DNA of 57,560 nucleotides, filler included, from Circinaria calcarea (lineage: Eukaryota), in assembly GCA_051942165.1 (NCBI GenBank). It is 8 parts of 8 records of this genome, joined end to end, with 100 filler letters (N's around TTAATTAATTAA, not from the genome) between each part and the next. Parts side by side here need not be neighbours in the genome. Positions count along the whole stretch, not along the records: positions 43,280 to 50,376 come from JAVECS010001410.1; positions 50,477 to 57,560 come from JAVECS010001411.1; 6 more parts are not named here. One strand, written 5' to 3'. This document shows, in pieces, positions 47,501 through 57,560 of the stretch (its first letter is position 1; every line of letters starts with the position of its first letter). A program made the position numbers and the translations under genes. The notes below the pieces were generated by a model. That model made no database searches, was not told where the DNA came from, and was given only the letters and a program-made list of their open reading frames with translations.

Positions 47501-49648
47501 ACATTGACCGCCGAGCAGCAGAATGCTTTGGAGAGGCGCAAGCAGGAAGAGCAGTATCTAATGGCCAGGCAGAAGGAGCACTTGGCCCAACAGCAAGTTA
47601 TGATTAAGCAGATGCACATGCAGGGTGGTCCACTCAGCCTACATGCACAGCAACTGCATCACCATTCAAGTGCCCATAGCCTCCAGAGCCAGCCAAGCTA
47701 TGGTAGCATTACTTCACCTACCGGCTATCAGCCTTCCCCGGCTCAGGCTCCGATTCAGCCACCAGGAGCAGTCGCCGGATTTTTCGATGCTCAGCCAAGA
47801 AACGCCGGGCCTCCCCTAAGCTCATTGGGTCTTGGTCCAGAACTCACAGGTTCCGTGAGGGATGCCGATATGGCTTCTCATCTCGATCGTCTCAGTATTG
47901 GTCGTGCTCCTCAGACATTGTTTGCAGGGCCTGGCCAGCACACAAATCATCAAGAAGGTCTCAGCCATCCACAACAGGTTGCAGCAATGCTCCAAGATAG
48001 AGCTCGACTACAGCGTGAGCAAGATCATTTTGACCTGATGCGTCGAGGAAGCTTGGATGAATCTCAAGGAGGTATGGATCGATTTGCGCAGTTTCACCAA
48101 TTAAGGGACCACGACGGTAATCAGATTCAGCTCTCCCAAGGTGAAATAATTGAGCATCTGGTTTCCGAGCCTATCTCAGAGGTGCAGGAACCAGCTCAAG
48201 GTTATGCTTTGGATTACAACGCAGGACTTCCGCCTGTCCAAGAGCAGACAGTACCAACAAAGGCTAAACCCACAGAGTCCTTATCCCTGACAGAACAAGT
48301 TCAAAAGGCGGCATCTGCCAGGCATTCCCCGACCATCCAGCCGCAGTCACCTTGGGCGAAGATTGAGACTGGACTTCCACCGCAATTTCCACCTCCGAAG
48401 ACGATATCTCCTTTACCAGCTCCTTCAGCTCAGAGAACCAGGCAGAATGTTGCGGATACATTAGCGGCTGAGTCAAGATCACGTTCGCAAACCCCCTCGG
48501 TAGAGACGCCTAGTGCTACAGTCGCTCCATGGGCGAGGGATAGCAACGAGGCCTCCAAAGGTCCATCACTCAAAGAGATCCAAGAGGCAGAAGCGCGTAA
48601 GACAGCGCAACAGGAAGAGGTTGCCGCAGCTGCGAGGCGAGCCATAGCCGAACAAGAGCGCCAAAATCAAGTCCAGCCCACTTCTCCTGCACCAGGTCTC
48701 CCTTCTACATCGAATTGGGCGAGCAGTGGATCCCCAGCCACTCCTACGTCGACAGGGCCCTCGGCGTGGGCCAAGCCTTTGGCAGGGAAGACAGCTGTAC
48801 CAACACCTGCTGCAGGAGCAAAGAAGACATTGGCCCAAATTCAGAAGGAGGAGGAAAGCCGGAAGCAGCGCCTAGCAGCAGCGGCCGCGGCTAATGCAGT
48901 CAACACTCTCTCCGGTGTCCCAGTACTACCAGGTGGCAAACGATATGCTGATCTCGCTAGTAAAGTGGCCTCGCCCGCTAGTCCCGCACCCGGTGGGGCT
49001 TGGACGACCGTCGGTGCCGGTGGGAAGCTCAAAACACCTTTGGCAACTCCGATTCCGACAGCTTCAGCGGCGCCAAGAGCTGCTGGGGGTAGTGCTGCGA
49101 TGAATGCTGTCAGCGCTGCCAAGGCCAAAGCAATAGTCTTGTCAGTCAAGAGTAGTAGCGCGGGTGGATCGCTTGCCGGGCAAAACGCAAACGAGGAATT
49201 CCAGAAATGGGTCAAGAGTGCTCTGAGCAAAGGACTCAATTCCAACATCAACGGTACGTTGTCATAAGGCACAATCCTCTGAAGTTTCCGAGTCAATTAC
49301 CCCCTAACAAAGATATGAACAGTGGACGTCTTTGTCAAAGACCTCCTCCAGCTTCCGCCCGACGCCGATATCCTCTCCGAGGCCATTTATGCCAGTTCCC
49401 AAACCCTCGACAGTCGCCGCTTCGCCGAGGAATTCATCCGTCGCCGCAAGTTAGCGGATAAGGGTATCGTGCCTGAGACGCCTGCCAGTGGTGTCGCGAG
49501 TTTCTCGTCTACGAATGGGGGGGAGGGGAAGAGTGCGGGAGGATGGAGCGAGGTGGCCAAGAAGGGTCCTGGCGGGGGTACCGGGGCAAAGGAGGAGCCG
49601 AATTCGGCGTTTAAGGTTGTGGCGGCGAAGAAGAAGGGCAAGAGGTAG
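44502..49648 (+). CDS. GYF-domain protein (Smy2/Syh1/GIGYF-like)
   Basis: ATG 44502 gives MPAQLPASFASAA. GVYVPPHL, RYSRDQLLDLF; GYF domain WIYRDPQGNIQGPWSGLEMHDWYKAGFFSPELQVK; PSLKEIQEAE; C-terminal LDSRRFAEEFIRRRK and KKKGKR. Confidence 0.9.
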
Positions 49649-50376
49649 GTGGCGAGGGTGAGGGTGAGGAAGGGAATGCGGAGGAGGAGGGGCTTGAGAG
49701 GGAAGGAGGTGGTTGTGATTGTACATAGACTTGGTTGGGGGCATGCGAGAACTGAGAAAGGACGGCTCGCTAGAAATGAAATAAAGATGATGAAGATACA
49801 TTCTTTGTATCACAAGGTAGTTTGTTGAACGGGACAATATTGATCTGGAAGTTGTGACCGTGACTGTGACCATGACCATGACCATGACCATAAAAATGGT
49901 CGCTGGGGTTTGGTAAATGGAGACATACATCTGATGATAAGAATAATATAACAGTGAAGTTCAGTTAGTTGGCTGGTGTACCTACATACCTACCTACCCA
50001 CCCCACTCGTCTATGCTCATATCTTCTCTCTCTCCCTTTCCACTTTTCCCAATCACCCACCCTCCCTCTCTCTCCTTTCCACTATCTCATAATCTATTCC
50101 CTAAGATTTTAGAAATAATACTCATACTCAAGTCTCGAGCAGATGCTGGAATCTACAAGGATATTCCAGCAAAAAAAAAGAAAGAAAAGAAAGAAAAGGA
50201 AGAGAAACAGGTTAATTAGATAGATAACCTACCATATGTAAGTAAGGTAAAGTAGGTTAGGGTAGGGTAGGTTAGGTCGTACCCCCCGGCTACTACTCGA
50301 CCTGCCCAATCTGCCCAATCTGCCAAATCTCGTACTATGTATGTATAAAAGCCAACGGGCCCCCATGCTACATAGG

Positions 50377-50476
50377 NNNNNNNNNNNNNNNNNNNNNNNN
50401 NNNNNNNNNNNNNNNNNNNNTTAATTAATTAANNNNNNNNNNNNNNNNNNNNNNNNNNNNNNNNNNNNNNNNNNNN
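50377..50476. other. Artificial contig linker
   Basis: 44 N + TTAATTAATTAA + 44 N. Confidence 0.98.
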
Positions 50477-50738
50477 GCCCCCCCTCCCGCGCTCCGCCTT
50501 CACCGGCCTCGAAGTCCTCGAGAGCGTTCTCTTCCGCCTGACCTGCTTCCAGACCTTCACTGGCACCAAGTTCCTGCTCTTCACCGAGCCCCAGCAGCCC
50601 AACGTCGAGGTCATCATGCGCCGCATCTACGAGCTCTACGCCGATTACGTCATGAAGAATCCCTTCTATCAGGCCGAGATGCCCATCCGGTGTGAGGCCT
50701 TTGAGCGGCACTTGGGGGCATATGTGAGGGCGCGGTAG
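50477..50738 (+). CDS. TRS23: TRAPP complex subunit Trs23 (sybindin-like), 3' end
   Basis: TGLEVLESVLFRLTCFQTFTGTKFLLFTEPQQPNVEVIMRRIYELYADYVMKNPFYQAEMPIRCEAFERHL. Not in the ORF track in this frame. Confidence 0.88.
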
Positions 50739-51071
50739 ACGAGGATGAGGGAGTTAAAAGGGGCTGGGGCGTGCTTGGAGAAAGGGTCGGGAGGAGTGTG
50801 CAAATTTGGTTGGGAGGATTCCTCTCATATAAGGAGGTCGTGAATGAATATTGATTCACCATGACAGTGGGATTATGTAGAACTTTTGATTCCATGTCTA
50901 ATTCTATTCCCAAAGGGTTTGAAGCTAGATATTTGGAAACAAGCCTCTAGCAATTGGCTCCATGTAAGCTGTGCCGTGGCCTTGGGGAGCCTCTAATTTA
51001 GATGATGCAAGACTCCTGCAAGTACCAATCTCAGAACAGTAACCCCGTTGAGCAGGGTGAAGCAGAGAGAC

Positions 51072-54000
51072 CTAGTAATTGAGCTCTCCGCTTCCGCCTC
51101 CGGCAACAGCGTCAAGATCTTCATAGCTCTTCAAGCTTCTCCCTTGAACAGCCTCCCTTGGTCCAACAGTCTGGGCACCTGCGCCATCTCCCCACTTTCC
51201 GCCACCGCGACCTAAGCCTCCCATTTGCATTCCTCCACGTGGAGGACTTAATCGACCGTTGTTACCTCCATATCTAGGTTGACGACGGTCATACGGCCCA
51301 GGACGCGTGTTTGGAAATCGCCCGCCACCTCGACGGACTGGACCTGGCTGATGCATCATCTCACCATCCATAATCATTGGAGGGCCGCCGGTAGCCCAAC
51401 CGCCAGGGACTTGAACGGTATGATTACCAAAGTTTGGGAAAGAAGGGAATCCAGCCGGAGGCACAAACCCAGGAGGAAGCCCATTCATGACAGGCATATT
51501 GGCCAGGTTGAAACCTCGCGGCGTGCCAGCTGCCACGCTGTGGTTGTTAATAGGGAAGTGGCCGTTACTGTTCGCATCTGAACGAGATGGTGCAATGTGA
51601 GATGGATCCAGGACATATGTGTTGACAAGATTTAGCTAAAGGGAATTAGTATTGAGATACTCGAAGCATACGCAACTCTGTTGCACTTACGTCTTGTTTG
51701 ATGCTCTCAAACCATTCCGGATGACGCTTTTCAACATGTTTTCTCCAAAAGTTTTCACCCTTGAACAGCTTCGTGCACTCCGGTACCTTACATCTAAATT
51801 TTGCCTCATCCTCCTGCTTCACAAACTTCTTAAGTTCCTCATCTAAACCTTCTTCGACCGGTTTCCCACCCAGCTTCTTTACATCGACATTTTCGGGCTC
51901 TAAAATCTGCAGGATCTTTTCCTCAAATGTTTTGACCCAATTGAAGGCTCGATGTAGTTGTTGATCGTTTTTGGACCCATTACGAAAGAACTTTTTTTCT
52001 TCAGTGGGTGAGCTACTCTGCCCTTCGTCTATAGTCGAGTCACGACGCTTGAGGGGGAAAGGCTGTCCGGATGCGCTTGCTTTTGCAGCATCCTTAGCTG
52101 CAGAACTTAAGCTGGCCCTAGGACGTCGAAGATGGCCACCAGGACATTTTCGGATCAGTTCGTGGACGGAGTCGCTTTCGAATACACAAAAAAAGCAGAA
52201 GTTGTAAACGCGACGGAGATACTCAACCAGGAGATCAAGAGTTTTCTTATTCACCAATAGACTCTCGTCATCGACTTCCTCATCAAAGGCACCCTCTTCG
52301 TCTTCCTCGCTCTCTTCCGAACTTTTGTCGCCATCTAGGTCTTCCATTTCATTGTCTTCCAACTCAAGCACTTTTTGGCTGTTCTTTGACTTCTTGGCAC
52401 TGTTAACTCCATTGGTTGCACTCTGCAACAAGCCTTTGCTGCGAAGTTCTTCCACGCGCTGCTCAATTCTGCCAACACCGTCAGTACCATCGCCGAAGCC
52501 CTGGTCAAACTTAGAAACGAGACGCTTTGCGAGTTCTAGATCTCTTTCGATGCGCTCAGGTGCAGAGAAAAGATCCCATAAAGCTTTCTTCCTTGGCTCT
52601 CTAGGAGGTACATGAACGCCAACATGGCATGTGAAATCACCTCTTGTCTCATCGTAGATGGTCTTACCATTGATGGCGTCAAGCGCTTTCTCGGAGGTAG
52701 TGAGAAGGTCCTTCGTTGGATTTCCGGTGGTGTCCTCATCTCTTCCATCCTCGTCTTCACGCCCATCGCTTCGTTCAACCGGATTAGCAACTTCGGGACT
52801 TGGATGAAGCATGATCCATCCTATGCGATGGCACTTCTTCAATGGGTTCGGATCACTTAAACTAAGCCACTTGAATCCACCGTCTTGCTCCCCGAGATGC
52901 TCCACACAGAATGATTCGATCTTGACACGGCTAACCATAGGCGCGAGAGTCTTGATAAGCAAAGCTGGTTGTAATGCTGATTCATCTCGTATATCTCCGC
53001 CACGACTAGGGACAAGATCGCCAACACCCAGAACTTCAGCGGCGGCAACGGTTTCGCCTTCCTCTCGCTCCACGATACCCCCCGCGCCGTTACTCTCGGC
53101 CTTGTAGATCCCTTCCAGTGTAAACTCATCAAAGACGCCTGATTCCATATCGCTATTCCATTGACTGAGAGCACCGCGTCGAAATTCTGTCAGCCTTCGA
53201 TAGAAGGCATCATGAATTTCTGGGACATATCGTTCCCTAAACCATTCCTCGGATTTGTGCTGCTGAACAAAAGTCTTAGCCATCTTCACTTGCAGCTCTT
53301 CCTTGTATGAATCGTAAGCCGCTTGGATCTGTGCTCTCTCCTTGTCCCGTTCTTCTCGAGACTCGCGTTCGCCTTTCATCATCCTATCGGAAGGTCTACG
53401 ACCGCCATTGCGTTGGCGCTCCTTGTCCTCCTTTATTGATTGCTCGATACGCCACCATTCAGCAAACCAGTTGAAACCGACCTGAAAGTCCAGCGTAAGA
53501 GGGTTGGGCAAAGGATTGGTACGAATCTGAGGAACTGCTGGCTCTTGACCTGGAACATACCGATCAATGTTTCCGTTTGGTGATGGGGCTCGACGACGGT
53601 CCTCTCGATCACGCTGCGCATATTCTCGAGAATGGACATAGAAATCGTCCCTTGCGGGTCGTTCGCCGGGTTGATAACGATCAATTACGACGGGGGAGCG
53701 AGAACGAGCTCGAGAACCACGAGGACCACCACGACGATCATGGAACCCTAATTTGGAAAATGATAAGCTGACAATATCCATTGACATGTTGGGTATTCAG
53801 AACCAGGTAGTAATGTGAGTATCTGGAAGAGAATATAGGAAGAATCGTGGTCGGCCCAACTTCACCTTGGATAGGAAGGTAAAATATTGAGAACGAGACA
53901 CAGCAGGAGCACACACGGAACTCGTAGACCACATGACGGGATCTCATTAGCATTGCTCCGGAAAAGGTCTCCGCAAAATCGCAAGTAGTTATGAGAAGAG

Positions 54001-54184
54001 CCAGAGACATAATAGACGAATAGAGGTACACACCCCCCATAAACAACACAATAGCGGAAAGCTTACCAGGCGATCTTCTTCGGTAGCTGTCGTTAGGAGG
54101 CAGACGTTCGCCGGTTTCGTCACGGATGGGCCATCTGGGTTCGGCTTTGAGCGAGGGAGATCGATACGCCTCGTATGTATCCAT
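51072..54184 (-). CDS. ARS2/SERRATE-like RNA effector protein (Pir2 family)
   Basis: ATG 54184, intron 53748-54066. FVQQHKSEEWFRERY, LDLLVEYLRRVYNFCFFC, C2H2 zinc finger CKVPECTKLFKGENFWRKHVEKRH, C-terminal GRSLKSYEDLD...ELNY. Confidence 0.9.
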
Positions 54185-55571
54185 GTTGCGTACTATGGCA
54201 GAAGTTCGGCTAAGCGGCGGTTTTGTGCTCTTGCAGAATAGCTTTGCTATTTGTGTGGGCGCGGATCTCTCAGGTGATTGCTGGAGAGTACAGCCGCGCG
54301 GGTTGTGGGAGGGGGCTGTTTGTCGACATGATCTCGTGTTAGAGTAGGTACTGAATGTGTGAAATAGTATGGGAGGATATAGAAGGTGTCGATACGACAA
54401 GAGAAGGTTCAATGGTCACAGAGACCTGAAGAGAGGGGAGGGGGACTGAAAGGTGGAGAAGGAGGGAGGGTAAGCTCGGGCGAGAAGCCAGAAGCATTGA
54501 GCATGACGATTGGTGGTGGTGGGTGATGATGACAAACAAGCTATAATTCGACTCAAGCCGTGACAAAAGACTCACGTTTATGCTGCCTTCCTGCACACTA
54601 CGCCAATGCTGTTGATGCAGCGTAGGTGGCTGGTGGGAGGAAGAGAAGAGGGTGGGCCGTTGTCTTTTGCAGTCGAAAGCTCAGCCCGAAACTGAACCGA
54701 GCAATTGCAGCTAAGCCACAATGAGCGTAGGCCATAACAAAGTAAAATACGGTAGCACAATAGGAATACACAGTCATCAGAGGGAACACCAACGACGTTC
54801 GAGAGAAGAGCTCAATTGTAGACTACGGCTCCTTGAAAACAACTCACCTATTCTCAAAAAGAATTACTCTCCGAGTACATCACCAACAAGAGGGAAGGTT
54901 AACTGGATTGTCCCAAGGTAAGCATGCTTCTACTATTCTTGCCGCATGTTCATGGTTTGCTGTTGTTGTTGGGATGCGAAGAGAGATGGAAGCCAGATCA
55001 TTGGGAGTCCAGACTTCATACTGGAGGATGACATTGATTCACAGCCTCTCGGGTATTCATCTCCAAATTCATCCCAGGTACCATTCCCCGGTCCCAGTAA
55101 ATGGGAATCGGTCCGCTCTCGTGTCAAAAACCTCGAGGGTGGTACGAGAAAATCACTTGGGAATCTTCCCTGTCCTTACAGGGCTACAAGTGGTGTATCT
55201 TTTATGCTAGGCTAGCAAATGTACCATCACAGGCAAGCCCGTATGTGTGAAAAGGCTTCTTCTCGCCCCCATTTGGCAAGTCGACTGGGCTATCAAACTT
55301 GAATCTCCTGCTTGTTCTGGACTTTACTACATTTCTTGGCCTCCTTGAATATTTAGGCTGCATGGGGAGGCTGCGCGCTGATAATGCCTACTTGCCTGTC
55401 GCACTAATGCTGTTGAGACGCGAGTCTGGAGCAAAGGAAAGTTTTCATATGTTACCGAATATTGACGATGATTCGTCTAGCAGTGGAGAGTAAAGAATGC
55501 TCATGAGTGGCGAACGCTAGACGACCTGGGCTAATTTTTACTCATAACCTTCATAGACTTCTTAGCCAGCT

Positions 55572-56351
55572 ATGACTACCTATATGCCTTCAATTACTCT
55601 ACCTGAGCAGATTTTTGCCCAGCCCGCGGCCTCAATCTTCCTTCCAATTATTCTTGGTAACGCAGTGGCCTTCATAGTCTGTACGTCACGCTATACGTAT
55701 GAGCATGCTCAACTTCAATCGACTGACTGTGCATCAGCCAAGAGCACCCCGGAGCGTACCTACCTTGCTCTCAAGCAACCGCCTGTTTCTCCGCCGCCTC
55801 AGGTGTTTGGGCCAGTTTGGGCCGTTCTCTACGGATTGATGGGATACTCTGCGTATCGAGCATGGACGACTGGCATGGCCTCCTTTAATCCCACCACCCG
55901 GGAACTGACAAAGGTAGATACCGAAGACGAACCTGGCACGTAACATACTAATAGTATTTCTTACCATTAGCAAGGGGCTACACTCTATACAGTCCAACTT
56001 GTACTTAATCTTATATGGACGCCGCTTTTCTTCTACTTCAAACGCCCTGTCGAATCTACCGTCGATATAGCACTATTGACAGGCGTGACTGGATATCTTA
56101 CGTATATTTGGGGTCAGGTCGATGTTGTTGCTGGTTGGGCACTGGCTCCGTATTTGGCTTGGTTAAGCTTTGCATCGTATCTGACCGTAGGGACCCAGCT
56201 GCTGTTTAAGAACTAAGCTGAACGCTTTTAGGTTGGCATTTGTCACCTCAACAACTGGAACCTCGCCGACAAGGAGCGCCCGGCTGGTCCTTCTGACGAA
56301 AGCGACCCCACCAAGTACGTGAACGAGGCTACGGACAAGAAATCGACTTGA
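55572..56351 (+). CDS. TspO/MBR translocator protein
   Basis: Four exons: TYLALKQPPVSPPPQVFGPVWAVLYGLMGYSAYRAW, LYTVQLVLNLIWTPLFF, AGWALAPYLAWLSFASYL, GICHLNNW; stop at 56349-56351. Confidence 0.9.
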
Positions 56352-57560
56352 TTGCACTAAGCAGGAGCTTGCTATTTACCCCTCTGGGAGGAACCTTTCT
56401 GCTTGACGCTCCCTCAACATTAGGCTTATGTGGTTTCAACTCTCTTGGAGCGATTTTTCCATTGTATTACTAAGGTGGATTGGGGCCGTTAAAGGACAAA
56501 GCTAGGTACGTAATGGGGAGATTGCAGGTAGCTATGAAAATAATTCTACGTATCACTATTGATCTAACTTGTCCCCATGGCCTTGGTCCGCTGATGAGAG
56601 AGTGAAACGCAAATCCAATCGATAAGCTATACCCACCCATCGAAGCCTTTCAAACTCCACCCGGTCGCTGAAGCATTTTTACTTGACCTTTTGGCAGTTG
56701 TACCTATCACAAAACATGTGCTGATTCCTGATCCAAAAGAGAAGCAGTAAGGCCCGTTCAACTTTCGAGATTCGTTCCGAGATCCCAATCCCAGAAAACT
56801 AATCAATAATGAAATTGGCAAATCCCCCTTAGGATCGAACCCCAACCCGAAGAAAATGGGCACAGTAACCAAACAATAAAGCCAGCAGAAGAGAACACGA
56901 ACCTATTGTCATGAAGGGGTTTTACACCTCGGGGAAACCTTGGCCCGATCGGTATCCCGGGGGGGTTTTTTAATTCGTCGTTCTTGGTTACGTGCCCCCT
57001 TTTGCACTTTGATAAATTTGGAGCTGTAGTAACGTTCTAACCATCTTACCCAGAGCGCCCCTCGATCAATCTTTTCCGTTGTTGGTTTCGATACTAAATA
57101 TCCAAAGATTCGAACTGCTTCCCTCACGGAAAAATGGTATAGTAAACCTGGGGATTTATCTTCCCACCGTGTGAAAGAAAGTGGGGGCTTGCGGAATTTC
57201 ACTAGGTGTAGTAGGTAGCGGTATCTTTTCTATTGTGTCTTGTCAAGCCTTATTTTTATAATGGATCTTTGCTGTGGGTGCTGTCATTTAATCCCCCGGG
57301 AGGCCCCTTTAATGACTCCTGCCCCCCACATTCTCCCTATACAAGTAAGCTGTCCAATCCAAACATCTACTCATTTCCCACTTCCCGCTTTACACAAAAA
57401 CCACAACTTCACCAAAAGAACAATCCACTCCCCACTTCCCACTTCCCATATCCTATATTCTAGGAACATTTCTTCTGACCCAAAAAGGGGCTTCGATACT
57501 GTGGAATGGGAGCACTCTCTTCTTCTTCCTTCCTCTTCTTCCCCCCCCCCCTTTCCCCCC

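Noticed and set aside
49850..50340. Short repeats (GTGACC/CATGAC, TACC, CTGCCCAAT) downstream of the GYF gene
   Set aside because: Ordinary 3'-UTR/intergenic microsatellites.
9859..54184. Apparent enrichment of RNA-processing genes (PRP31, STM1, GYF protein, ARS2) as a functional cluster
   Set aside because: They lie on different contigs separated by artificial linkers.
56580..57560. Possible gene remnants after TSPO
   Set aside because: Only short, homopolymer-rich ORFs with no recognisable motif; may be low-quality or degenerate sequence.

Overview
Intron-rich filamentous ascomycete (Pezizomycotina) DNA. The window is not one locus. It is eight unrelated ~7.1 kb contigs sorted by decreasing length and joined by identical 100-bp linkers (44 N + TTAATTAATTAA + 44 N), so synteny is only meaningful within a contig. 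Contig 1: NPC1/NCR1 5' part and a degenerate metallophosphoesterase-RRM-RGG protein. Contig 2: DUR3, PRP31 and an F-box protein. Contig 3: an SDR pseudogene and a co-oriented trio of a caspase-like (C14-type) protease, a hidden 3-exon ~103-aa SH3/Tudor-like protein and a DUF6594-type protein. Contig 4: an arrestin-like protein, a bZIP factor with a GC-AG last intron, and the STM1 5' end. Contig 5: orphan ORFs, an O-methyltransferase with an upstream relic copy, and a PTH11-like membrane protein. Contig 6: cysteine synthase head-to-head with condensin YCG1, plus a RIP-like AT-rich relic. Contig 7: a GYF-domain protein. Contig 8: the TRS23 3' end, ARS2/SERRATE and TSPO. The best candidate for an undescribed system is the caspase-like/small beta-barrel/DUF6594 cluster (17334-21560). 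All family calls come from motif recognition by eye, not database searches.
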